From Cyclobacteriaceae bacterium (lineage in GTDB: Bacteria > Bacteroidota > Bacteroidia > Cytophagales > Cyclobacteriaceae): 32,850 nt of DNA. The notes under the pieces are model-generated. The model worked only from the letters and a program-made list of their open reading frames with translations, was not told the origin of the DNA and searched no databases. The position numbers and the translations under genes were made by a program. How positions within the stretch are numbered: position 1 is the first letter of the stretch; each line of letters starts with the position of its first letter. Where the stretch lies: NCBI GenBank assembly GCA_029880385.1, contig JAOUOM010000001.1, positions 1-32,850 of the forward strand. Direction: 5' to 3'. Positions 1 to 8,390 of the stretch are shown here, piece after piece.

Positions 1-1264
1 TTTCAGGCCGTAGTAACGGATTTCCGCCGGGTACCCAGTACAAGTCATTGAGCGTAGGTACCCGAAAACCAGTCGAAAACTGCCCTGTCCAGTTCAGGTT
101 ATTTGCTTCAGCCCATTTCCAATGATGATCAAACCCGGCCGAAAAAGTAAGCGGCGAAGCAACCCGAGACGAAAACGATTTTCGCAGTGTGCCCGACAGT
201 GACCATCCCTGAACCCTCCAAAGGAGCGATTGGAACACATCCAGATTTGACAGGGTGTTTTGGCCAGTAAAATGATCCGATACCGCACGGGCCTGATTGG
301 CCTGAATACCCGACTGAAGGTGAAAATGCTTTGCAGGGGTATATTCGTAGCGGTGCAAAAAGGAATATTGGTGGCTGGTCGTGATACTTCCCTGGTTGTA
401 GTTTGTCTGATCCGACAGGTATCCAACCGTACTGGTAACGGAGCCCTGCCTCATATCCCGGACATGCTCCATTGCCAATCGTATGTTTTCACTTTGTAAG
501 GTGTTGGAAACAGCTTGACTGGTATATGAAGGTTGTATGTGCCGGTCATTAAAAACATAGATGGCATCCAGTGACCATCGCTGACGGTTACCCTGGTATT
601 GGATGCGTTGTTTAGCCCCATAGGACAGGCTCTGTGCATTTTGCTGGCGAATGATACGTGACGTACCCGGCAGCCGGATGGGGAAGTCATTTTCCAGTCC
701 GCTATAAAACAATCTGGAACCCCCTGACCACCTACCACGCTGATAGCGGGTTTTTACACCTCCAAACCACTGGCCAAAGCTCCCGGCACTGGCATGTACC
801 ACGGCCGCAGGTGGTTTTTCTCTGCTTTTTTCAAAATGATCAATAAAAACGGTTCCTCCTATAGATCCGGATCCATACAAGGCACCGGCACTACCCGCCT
901 GGACACCCAGCCCATCCAACAGCCAGACAGGCCATAACGAAAAGTCACTTTGACCAAGCGTGGGCGAATTGGAGGGCAAACCATGCCACAATACCTGTGT
1001 ATGAGATGCTGATGTACCCCGAAACGAAATGGAAGATAGCTGGCCATTGCCGTAGGTTTTGAAAAATACAGAAGGAACATGGGCAAGTTGCTGGGCAAGT
1101 GAAGCTGTGGAATCCCCCACATCCAGTATCCGGGTTGCCGCACCGGTTGCAAACGTGGAAAAAGCAAAAGCTTCCACTTCCACTGCTTCGAGCCATACAC
1201 TATCCACCTGTGCCCGGGCTGGCCCTATAAGCAGAAAAAACAACGTAACAAATACTACTTTCAA
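1..1264 (-). CDS. btuB: TonB-dependent outer-membrane receptor, BtuB-like (cobalamin/corrinoid uptake); C-terminus lies beyond the window edge
   Basis: Absent from the ORF track because it starts with TTG (1264-1262). An in-frame TGA lies at 1285-1283 with no other start codon between. Hand translation of the minus strand is stop-free to position 1 (~421 codons). It shows a signal peptide (M)KVVFVTLFFLLIGPARAQ, plug motifs ISFRGTSASHTQVLWHGLP and GALYGSGSIGGTVFI, and the barrel motif GFRVPTLNDLYW. It lies directly downstream of a cobalamin riboswitch. Listed ORFs 94-426, 451-738, 859-1200 and 945-1196 are off-frame shadows. Confidence 0.85.
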   Translation of the reverse strand, partial: MKVVFVTLFFLLIGPARAQVDSVWLEAVEVEAFAFSTFATGAATRILDVGDSTASLAQQLAHVPSVFFKTYGNGQLSSISFRGTSASHTQVLWHGLPSNSPTLGQSDFSLWPVWLLDGLGVQAGSAGALYGSGSIGGTVFIDHFEKSREKPPAAVVHASAGSFGQWFGGVKTRYQRGRWSGGSRLFYSGLENDFPIRLPGTSRIIRQQNAQSLSYGAKQRIQYQGNRQRWSLDAIYVFNDRHIQPSYTSQAVSNTLQSENIRLAMEHVRDMRQGSVTSTVGYLSDQTNYNQGSITTSHQYSFLHRYEYTPAKHFHLQSGIQANQARAVSDHFTGQNTLSNLDVFQSLLWRVQGWSLSGTLRKSFSSRVASPLTFSAGFDHHWKWAEANNLNWTGQFSTGFRVPTLNDLYWVPGGNPLLRPE

Positions 1265-1374
1265 CCGACCAGAATTAAAATTTCATTCCCGGCACGGACA
1301 AAACAGGAAAAATGATAAAACCACCAGGATTTTGTCATCTACCTTGCTTTCACCCGAAGCATGGACAATACAAA

Positions 1375-1530
1375 CGAAAGATCGTGGCAGGTCTCCTGGC
1401 TTACCTGGTTTCGATGGCCTTCCCAACATTCTGATGTCAGTGGCATAAGGGGATCAAAACCTTTGAATAGGCTTACAGTTGCGGGGACAGCCCCCGGATT
1501 TCACGGGGTTCCCTTTTCATTTCGAATCTT
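1375..1530 (-). promoter_or_regulatory. Cobalamin (B12) riboswitch in the btuB-like leader
   Basis: The reverse complement reads AAAAGGGAACCCCGTGAAATCCGGGGGCTGTCCCCGCAACTGTAAGC...ATGCCACTGAC...TTGGGAAGGCCATCG...AAGCCAGGAGACCTGCCACG. This carries the conserved core GGGAA..GGTGAAA.TCC...GC.GTCCCGCAACTGT, the GCCACTG element, GGGAAGGC, and the B12 box AGCCAGGAGACCTGCC (plus-strand 1386-1401). Outer boundaries are approximate. Confidence 0.9.
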
Positions 1531-1560
1531 TTGACAGATCCAAAAACCAGCAATCTGCCC

Positions 1561-1568
1561 CAAAGATA
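1561..1568 (-). promoter_or_regulatory. Candidate Bacteroidota -7 promoter box (TATCTTTG) for the riboswitch-btuB transcript
   Basis: The minus strand reads TATCTTTG, matching TAnnTTTG, about 30 nt upstream of the riboswitch 5' end. No clear -33 TTG element was seen. Confidence 0.3.
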
Positions 1569-1694
1569 GGGGATCAGGCGATTGCACTATGTTTTTTTGA
1601 AAATAAAAGATTGATGCAGCCCTTCTCCCGAAACAAGGTGACTTTTAGCCCGCCATCAGGGACTCTTCCTCACCTTCCCTACCCCAATTAGGTG

Positions 1695-1742
1695 CAAATT
1701 GAATGGCTTTTGATTATTTTCAACTAATTGAATGGCTTATGA
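1695..1742. repeat. Direct repeat: AATTGAATGGCTT twice (1697-1709, 1726-1738), 29-bp period
   Basis: The 13-nt match is exact. It extends to 19 nt, C.AATTGAATGGCTT.TGA (1695-1713 and 1724-1742), with 17/19 identity. It lies in an ORF-free intergenic region. Confidence 0.8.
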
Positions 1743-2305
1743 AAACGTCTGACAACCACTCATATCCCCATTGCCAAAAACCGTATCGTACCCAATTGCA
1801 GCTGTCCATGCAAAAATAAAGTCCCGATATTGGATGAATTGATACACAGAATCATATGAAAGGAATTAAACCCCACTACCCAAAATAGCTGACCTCTATT
1901 GGGAGGATCGATGGTCATACCAGTACCATCACCTGACGATTTAGGACGGAATCTACAAGCCAGAAAAAAGCATACAACCCCTGTTTCATGAGCAAGTAGC
2001 TGATTTTGTTACCTAAAAATGAAAGGTACACTACCCTTCCTGAAACCAGAGTCGATGAAGCGTCGATTTTCCAGGTTCAAATGCTACGTATTTGCCGAAA
2101 GTGGCATGTGCTTTTCCGTCTCAGGCTTTTCTCATACCTGTTATAAAAAATATTGAATATATTCTGATTTGAATGCTATTTTTATCCATATTTAATTGAT
2201 ATTTTGCATCACAATTAACTGGTAGCTTCAAAATAAAATCAAATTGCTTGGTAAAGTATTATTTATTCATGCAATTTTTACACTTAAGCTGAATAAACAT
2301 TTTTT

Positions 2306-2327
2306 CTAACTGAATGTATTCAGTTAG
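2306..2327. promoter_or_regulatory. Perfect 10-bp inverted repeat CTAACTGAAT-GT-ATTCAGTTAG, 11 nt upstream of the PAS kinase ATG
   Basis: Read directly from the sequence: both arms are exact reverse complements. It could be an operator or a 5'-UTR hairpin, and the function is unknown. Confidence 0.6.
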
Positions 2328-2338
2328 CTTTTGAAAAC

Positions 2339-3790
2339 ATGAATCACTCGCACTTATTCAAAGCCGCCTTTGAATTGGCACCGGATGCCACTATAATTTC
2401 TGATTCGTCAGGTGAGATTGTCATGGTTAATGCAAAAACGGAATGGTTGCTTGGCTATAGTAAAGAAGAACTAATAGGCAATAAAATTGAAATTCTGGTA
2501 CCGCAAAGTGCAAGAAACAGGCACATACAGCATCGCCAAAAGTATAATACAGAAAAGTCCCCACGTCAGATGGGCTCATACATGGATTTGTATGCGGTAA
2601 AAAAAGATGGCAGTCAAATCCCGGTAGATATCAGCCTGAATTATGTTGAATTGGATGGACACCGTCTAATCCTTTCTTCCATACGTGACATCACCAGAAA
2701 CAAGGATTTGTTAAAAAAACTGGCACTAAGTGAAAAACGGCTAAACGAAGCACAATCACTTGCCAAAATCGGAAACTGGGAAATGGATATGGAGACCAAG
2801 GAACTGTATTGGTCGGATCAGGTCTATGAAATCCTTGGTGTCGAACAAACAGCACAACCACCGGAATTTGAACTATTCAGGGCACGCGTACACCCTGACG
2901 ACCGAGAGGAAGTGACGCGGCAATTTGAAAAACAAATAACGCATAAAACACAAGTTGACCTGGTACATCGACTATTAATGCCCAATGGCGAAATAAAATA
3001 TGTTCACCAGCGAGGCGACATCAATGTTGTCAACAAAAACAAAATTTCCCGATCCATCGGCACCATTACTGACATCTCGGAACAAAAAGACATTGAAAAC
3101 AAGTTACGAATATCCATTCATAAGGTAGAAAGTGCCAATAAGGAGCTGGAACAGTTTGCATTTATCGCTTCCCATGACCTGCAGGAGCCCCTTCGAACAT
3201 TAGAAAGTTTTATTGAATTGGTCAGTAATGACCCCAGGCACAAATCAATAAAATACCTGCATCATATTACCAGTGCCTGCCACCATATGAACAGACTGGT
3301 AAAAGGACTATTAGACTACACCCGGATCGGGAAAAACATGACAAAATCTCCTGTAGACTTAAACCATGTTTTAGAAGAGGTAATTGACATGCAAAAAGAA
3401 GAAATCCTCATCGCTAATCTGGAAATATCAATTGAAAAATTGCCCACACTTACTGTGAACAGGGATCTCATTAGCTTGTTGTTTCACCACCTAATCAATA
3501 ATGCCGTAAAATTTCGGAACAAAGACACAGACGCCTCTCTGGAAATTGGTACCGGATATCAGAAAGGGCAATGGTTATTTATGTTTCGCGATAATGGAAT
3601 CGGAATTCCAAAAAAATTCCACGAAAAAATTTTTATTATTTTTCAACGACTGCACAACAGGTCTGATATTGACGGGACAGGAATTGGGCTTTCGCACTGT
3701 AAAAAAATCATTGACGAGCATGGCGGTGATATTTGGGTAGAGTCCGAGCCGGACAAAGGAAGCGCTTTCTATTTCACTTTGCCGGCATGA
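2339..3790 (+). CDS. Cytoplasmic sensor histidine kinase with two PAS-like domains
   Basis: 483-aa ORF. It has two PAS-like segments (about res 1-120 and 135-250), an H-box FIASHDLQEPLRTL, and HATPase_c boxes NNAVKF, FRDNGIGIP and GTGIGLSHCKKI. No hydrophobic TM segment is present. Confidence 0.9.
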   Translation: MNHSHLFKAAFELAPDATIISDSSGEIVMVNAKTEWLLGYSKEELIGNKIEILVPQSARNRHIQHRQKYNTEKSPRQMGSYMDLYAVKKDGSQIPVDISLNYVELDGHRLILSSIRDITRNKDLLKKLALSEKRLNEAQSLAKIGNWEMDMETKELYWSDQVYEILGVEQTAQPPEFELFRARVHPDDREEVTRQFEKQITHKTQVDLVHRLLMPNGEIKYVHQRGDINVVNKNKISRSIGTITDISEQKDIENKLRISIHKVESANKELEQFAFIASHDLQEPLRTLESFIELVSNDPRHKSIKYLHHITSACHHMNRLVKGLLDYTRIGKNMTKSPVDLNHVLEEVIDMQKEEILIANLEISIEKLPTLTVNRDLISLLFHHLINNAVKFRNKDTDASLEIGTGYQKGQWLFMFRDNGIGIPKKFHEKIFIIFQRLHNRSDIDGTGIGLSHCKKIIDEHGGDIWVESEPDKGSAFYFTLPA

Positions 3791-3924
3791 TAGCTCATCC
3801 TATATTTAACTATGGCAAACACGAAAAATACCTACTCGTTGCCACTGATTTTTTATCAGAAATTTTTTGCTTTTTATTTGTTCATTACATCAAACCAAAA
3901 AACCTAAGTATAGACTAAATCACC

Positions 3925-4334
3925 ATGGACAAAAATGTAAATCTAATATTGTTAATCGATGATGATGAGGCTACCAATTTTCTCAATAAAGCTATCTTGC
4001 GAAGATTGAAAATAGCCAATAATGTAATATCAGCACAATATGCGGAAGATGCGCTGGAATTATTGGATTCAATTAACAAAATGAACCCAGCCAGGACAAA
4101 GTACCTGACCTGATATTTCTGGACATTAACATGCCAAAAATGAATGGTTGGGAATTTTTGGATGCATACAAAAAAATAAGTTTAGGTGATAAAATGCCAA
4201 AAATCATCATGTTATCATCTTCTATCAACCCCGACGATGAAGAAAAAGCAAAGAGTATGGCCGAAATTACCGAGTTCCGCAACAAGCCGCTTACGTTTGA
4301 AATGGTGGAGGAAATCGTGGGGAAATATTTCTAA
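3925..4334 (+). pseudogene. Receiver-only (CheY-like) response regulator interrupted by a 1-nt frameshift (or a sequencing error)
   Basis: ORF 3925-4113 encodes the N-terminal half (LILLIDDDEATNF...). The next frame is open from 4077 and reads QNEPSQDKVPDLIFLDINMPKMNGWEFL...IIMLSSS...FRNKPL through 4334. Together they contain the full acidic pocket, phospho-acceptor Asp, Ser/Thr and Lys of a receiver domain. The frame change must lie within 4077-4110. Confidence 0.8.
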
Positions 4335-4369
4335 CCACTCATTTTTTTGTACGTAAATTTCCCCTCAAC

Positions 4370-4397
4370 GAACGTTTACGTTCTTGCATTTTTTTTG
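4370..4397 (+). terminator. Weak candidate intrinsic terminator after the response regulator
   Basis: Short hairpin GAACG-TTTA-CGTTC (4370-4383), followed after 5 nt by a T8 run (4390-4397). Confidence 0.35.
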
Positions 4398-4437
4398 TAC
4401 CTTATCGTTTCCCTAACCTACCAAACCATAAAAACCC

Positions 4438-5037
4438 ATGAGCCCGGAGTTTTGGAACGAACGATACAAAAGCGATGAATATGCCTACGGGGAAGAACCC
4501 AATGAATTCTTTCGTCGAATCCTGGACACCCTGCCCCCCGGCAAAATCCTGTTGCCACAGGAAGGGGAAGGGAGAAATGCCGTCTATGCGGCTCGAAAGG
4601 GCTGGGAGTGCCATGCCTTTGATATCAGTGTGGAAGGCATGCGCAAAGCAGTAAATCTGGCCAGGAAATACGCCGTTTCCATCCACTATACACTGGGTGG
4701 ATATGCCGACTTTCAGTACGAAGACGCTTCCATGGATGTAGTGGCCTTTATTTTTGCCCATGTCACACCGGAGGTTCGGGAAAGTTATTACCACAAAATA
4801 CTCAAAACCCTGAAGCCGGGTGGGCGTGTAATCCTCGAAGGATTTCACAAAGATCAGTTAGGACGTACTTCCGGTGGCCCACAAAGCCTCGAACTACTCT
4901 ACAGCAAAGAGGAACTCAAAGCTGATTTCAGGATATTGCATGACAAAAGCATCCATCGCAGCGACCGGGTACTGGACGAAGGGCCCTATCATCAGGGAGA
5001 AGCAGCCCTGATCCAAATGACAGGCATCAAACGATAA
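4438..5037 (+). CDS. Class I SAM-dependent methyltransferase (small-molecule type, TehB/TPMT-like)
   Basis: 199-aa ORF. Motif I is ILLPQEGEGRNAVYAA, with an acidic post-I residue (FDIS) and the typical N-terminal FWNERY...Y signature of this family. Confidence 0.75.
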   Translation: MSPEFWNERYKSDEYAYGEEPNEFFRRILDTLPPGKILLPQEGEGRNAVYAARKGWECHAFDISVEGMRKAVNLARKYAVSIHYTLGGYADFQYEDASMDVVAFIFAHVTPEVRESYYHKILKTLKPGGRVILEGFHKDQLGRTSGGPQSLELLYSKEELKADFRILHDKSIHRSDRVLDEGPYHQGEAALIQMTGIKR

Positions 5038-5053
5038 TCACCGTCCTTATTTT

Positions 5054-5884
5054 TCAGGAAGGATTATGCGTTTGCGCATACATTTTCACTTTTTCCCAAT
5101 CCGCAAGGTACGCCGTACGGATTTTATCCAGGTAGTCCGGATCGATCAACGGCTCCTGGCCAACCCAATGCGCAGGAAAAAAGGATGCTGCATACATGAT
5201 AAGATGAAAAAACGCCCACCAGGGACGGTACAACAGCCAATGCGCCAACTTATTTGAATATCCTTTGGGCACATCCTGCTTGTAATTGCGGCAAAAGGTG
5301 CGCAAAACTTTCAGCTGTTTTTCGGAATATGAACGATGAAAAGGTCGGAGGGAAACCGACGCCGGATCAAAACCAGCCCCCATATAGCTGGCCATTTTGT
5401 TTAAAAAGTCCCATGGCTCTTTTCTCAGTTCTTCATAAAACAAGACAAGCGGTTTTTGTCCGCTGCATGCTTCGATCAATTCCAGCTTGGGATAAAAAAG
5501 CAGGTCATCCTTTTTCCAGAAACCTGTATCCTTTTCCAAATCAAAAAATCTGGCAAAATCCCAATGCCAGCCATTTTTTACATAGCGTCGGTACTGCGAG
5601 GCAATCCAGCCATCGTGTGGCCTGAAAATGACAATAATACGAGCATCCGGATATGAATCGGTAAACCACCGGACTTCCCTTTCAAACTGCCGGTCAAATT
5701 CGCGTGATACCAGGACTTTGGCTGCCTTGATACCCGGAATGATCTTTTTACTCTTTTTATACTGACTCGTCGGGATATAATGAATGCCCTCAAGCTTAGG
5801 AAAAAACCGGTGCTGCAGGTAGGTGGACGCCACTTTTCCTAACCCGACATGAAAATATATCTCCTGTTTTCCGCTCATGACCAC
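5054..5884 (-). CDS. Sulfotransferase-like protein (tentative)
   Basis: 276-aa ORF. An N-terminal P-loop-like HVGLGKVASTYLQ resembles the 5'-PSB motif (PKxGTTxL). FRPHDGWIASQY resembles the 3'-PB motif (RxPxDxxxSxY). The assignment rests on motifs only. Confidence 0.45.
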   Translation of the reverse strand: MVMSGKQEIYFHVGLGKVASTYLQHRFFPKLEGIHYIPTSQYKKSKKIIPGIKAAKVLVSREFDRQFEREVRWFTDSYPDARIIVIFRPHDGWIASQYRRYVKNGWHWDFARFFDLEKDTGFWKKDDLLFYPKLELIEACSGQKPLVLFYEELRKEPWDFLNKMASYMGAGFDPASVSLRPFHRSYSEKQLKVLRTFCRNYKQDVPKGYSNKLAHWLLYRPWWAFFHLIMYAASFFPAHWVGQEPLIDPDYLDKIRTAYLADWEKVKMYAQTHNPS

Positions 5885-6031
5885 AAAGTAAGCCTATATT
5901 TTCTTCCCCCTCCTGCATCCGGTCAGGAATCTGGAACAGGAAAGAAAATGACCCGTGATTTTTTTAGCGAAGATCGGCAAATTCACCGATGAATAACATC
6001 CATTTCATTGTACTTCACTGGCCAAATGTCC

Positions 6032-6039
6032 TAGTTTTG
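6032..6039 (+). promoter_or_regulatory. Candidate -7 promoter box TAGTTTTG abutting the helicase start codon
   Basis: Exact match to TAnnTTTG, ending 4 nt before the ATG at 6044. If it is used, the mRNA would be leaderless or nearly so. Confidence 0.3.
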
Positions 6040-6043
6040 TCTC

Positions 6044-8335
6044 ATGGCTGAAAAAACCAACGCAAGCTATCTGGAATCACTCAACCCGCCGCAGTACGAA
6101 GCGGTCGTAAATACGGAAGGTCCCACCATGATCATTGCCGGTGCCGGATCGGGCAAAACCCGTGTGCTCACCTATCGCATTGCCCACCTGATGCATGCGC
6201 ACAACGTCGATCCTTTTCATATCATGGCGTTGACGTTTACCAACAAAGCCTCACGGGAAATGAGGGAGCGGATCGAAAGTGTAGTGGGAACGGATGCCCG
6301 TAACCTGTGGATGGGGACATTCCACGCTGTTTTTGCCCGGATACTGAGGGCTGAAGCCACCCACCTGGGCTATACCAGCCAATTTACCATTTACGATACT
6401 GACGATGCCAAATCGCTTATCAAAACCATTGTCAAAGAGCTGAATCTCGACGACAAACTTTACAAGGCCAATGTGGTGTACAATCGCATTTCGGCTGCAA
6501 AAAACCGACTGGTCTCCTGGCAGGAATACACCACCAACCCGGTCTACATGGAAGACGATACAACCAATATGCGACCCGAAATGGGCAGGTTGTACCGTAT
6601 CTATTCACAGCGGTGCTTCAAGGCCAATGCGATGGATTTTGACGACTTGCTGTTCAATACCAACGTACTCTTCCAGACCCACCCCGATGTGCTCAATAAA
6701 TACCAGCACCGGTTTCATTACCTGCTCATCGACGAGTTTCAGGACACCAACATTTCGCAGTATATGATCGCCCGCAAACTTGCTGCTGTACGGCAAAACA
6801 TCTGTGTGGTGGGCGATGATGCCCAGAGTATTTACGCATTTCGCGGAGCGGATATCCAAAACATCCTCAACTTTGAACGGGACTATCCCGAACTTTCAAC
6901 CATCAAGTTGGAACAAAACTACCGGTCCACACAAACCATTGTCAAAGCGGCAAATTCCATCATTTTAAAAAACAAAGCCCAACTAAAAAAGAGTGTCTGG
7001 ACGGCCAACGAAGACGGGGAGCTGATCGAACTGATCAAAGCGACAAGTGATAACGAAGAAGGAAAACTGGTGGCCTCTTCCATTTTTGAAATGAAAATGC
7101 AGCAACACCTGGGCAATGGGGAATTTGCCATCCTTTACCGTACCAACAGTCAGTCACGGGCGATGGAAGAAGCCCTGCGCCGAATGAACATAAAGTACCG
7201 GGTAGTAGGGGGCGTTTCGTTCTACCAGCGAAAAGAAATCAAAGACCTGATCGCCTATGTCCGCTTTGTCCTCAATCACGAAGACGAAACCTCATTGCGA
7301 CGAATTATCAACCAGCCCAAACGCGGAATAGGCCCCGGTACCATCGAAAAGCTGGTAGTAGCTGCCAATGAGCAGGATAAATCCCTCTGGGATATTCTGC
7401 AGCACGCCAGTGATGTTACAGGAGGTAGGGGCGGGCACCAGGTAGAGGAATTTGCCACGCTGATCAAAAGCTTTAAGCTGGCGGTAGAAAAAAAAGATGC
7501 CTTTGAAGCTGTATCACAAATAGCCAAAAATTCAGGCTTGTTAAAGGAACTTTACGAAGACAAAACCGTCGAAGGCCTCAACCGCTATGAAAACGTACAG
7601 GAACTCTTAAATGCAATCAAGGAATTTACCGAAAACCCGGAACGTGAAGACAAAAGCCTGAGTGCCTTCCTGCAGGATGTAGCCCTGCTCACAGATGAGG
7701 ACCGCTCCAACGACACGGAAGAGGCCGTCACCCTCATGACCGTGCATATGGCAAAAGGGCTGGAATTCCCCTACGTGTATATTGTGGGCATGGAAGAAGA
7801 ACTCTTTCCCTCACAAATGATGCTGGGCAGCCGGGAAGACCTGGAAGAAGAACGAAGGCTTTTTTATGTGGCCATCACACGCGCCAAAAAGAAACTCCAT
7901 CTCACCTATGCACTCAATCGTTACCGGTTTGGACGTTTGAAAATATGTGAACCCAGTCGTTTCCTGAAAGAAGTAGACCCGGCATTTATCCAGATGAACA
8001 GCCGTCACAGCAACTATGAAGCCCAAACGCGACCGGGAATACCCGCAAGGTCGTCAACCCCTGACAGTTCATACGCCAAAAATTTTGTAAAAAACAACCG
8101 GATAAATCCTGCCAGCCGCTCCATCGTGCCTCCAAAACATACCCCAAGTACGGGTTTCAAAGCGAGTGATACCTCACAATTGGTCTCCGGCATGCGCGTG
8201 GAACATGAAAAATTCGGATTCGGAACAGTCGGACAAATAGACGGTACAGGCCCCAACCGCAAGGCAAAAGTCCTTTTTGAAAAAGCCGGGGAAAAGACAC
8301 TTCTTCTGGCATTTGCCAAATTACGGATCATGTAG
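6044..8335 (+). CDS. uvrD: ATP-dependent DNA helicase, UvrD/PcrA/Rep family (SF1A)
   Basis: 763-aa ORF. It carries Walker A AGAGSGKT, motif II LLIDEFQDTN, motif III VVGDDAQSIYAFRGA, TVHMAKGLEF and LFYVAITRAKKKL. The C-terminal tail is PcrA-type Tudor-like (GMRVEHEKFGFGTV...KVLF). Confidence 0.95.
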   Translation: MAEKTNASYLESLNPPQYEAVVNTEGPTMIIAGAGSGKTRVLTYRIAHLMHAHNVDPFHIMALTFTNKASREMRERIESVVGTDARNLWMGTFHAVFARILRAEATHLGYTSQFTIYDTDDAKSLIKTIVKELNLDDKLYKANVVYNRISAAKNRLVSWQEYTTNPVYMEDDTTNMRPEMGRLYRIYSQRCFKANAMDFDDLLFNTNVLFQTHPDVLNKYQHRFHYLLIDEFQDTNISQYMIARKLAAVRQNICVVGDDAQSIYAFRGADIQNILNFERDYPELSTIKLEQNYRSTQTIVKAANSIILKNKAQLKKSVWTANEDGELIELIKATSDNEEGKLVASSIFEMKMQQHLGNGEFAILYRTNSQSRAMEEALRRMNIKYRVVGGVSFYQRKEIKDLIAYVRFVLNHEDETSLRRIINQPKRGIGPGTIEKLVVAANEQDKSLWDILQHASDVTGGRGGHQVEEFATLIKSFKLAVEKKDAFEAVSQIAKNSGLLKELYEDKTVEGLNRYENVQELLNAIKEFTENPEREDKSLSAFLQDVALLTDEDRSNDTEEAVTLMTVHMAKGLEFPYVYIVGMEEELFPSQMMLGSREDLEEERRLFYVAITRAKKKLHLTYALNRYRFGRLKICEPSRFLKEVDPAFIQMNSRHSNYEAQTRPGIPARSSTPDSSYAKNFVKNNRINPASRSIVPPKHTPSTGFKASDTSQLVSGMRVEHEKFGFGTVGQIDGTGPNRKAKVLFEKAGEKTLLLAFAKLRIM

Positions 8336-8390
8336 CTTGTGATTTTCAAACCGCAAAAAATGACTTTATCAAGGGTTTTTCTTAGATTTA

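Noticed and set aside
94-1200. Track ORFs 94-426(-), 260-499(+), 451-738(-), 658-846(+), 859-1200(-), 945-1196(-)
   Set aside because: All are out of frame with, or antisense to, the uninterrupted TTG-start TonB-receptor frame. Their translations are Cys/Arg/Trp-rich with no motifs.
1059-1691. ORFs 1059-1448(+) and 1479-1691(+) as possible genes
   Set aside because: They lie antisense across the receptor 5' end and the cobalamin riboswitch. Their composition is low-complexity (Ser/Thr/Arg/Pro), and the riboswitch explains the sequence conservation there.
2019-2162. 47-aa Cys-containing small ORF (MKGTLPFLKPESMKRRFSRFKCYVFAESGMCFSVSGFSHTCYKKY) upstream of the PAS kinase
   Set aside because: It has no supporting signal such as a promoter box, conservation or a recognisable peptide family. 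This is the length expected by chance in an 800-bp region. It is recorded only as something Ribo-seq could revisit.
4077-4110. Programmed -1 ribosomal frameshifting as the explanation for the split response regulator
   Set aside because: No X_XXY_YYZ slippery heptamer is present in the overlap, and no obvious downstream stimulatory structure. A 1-nt indel in the AAAA or CCC runs, real or a sequencing error, is simpler.
4402-4848. 148-aa ORF antisense to the methyltransferase
   Set aside because: It is entirely embedded antisense in a gene with clear SAM-MTase motifs, and its translation has no motifs.
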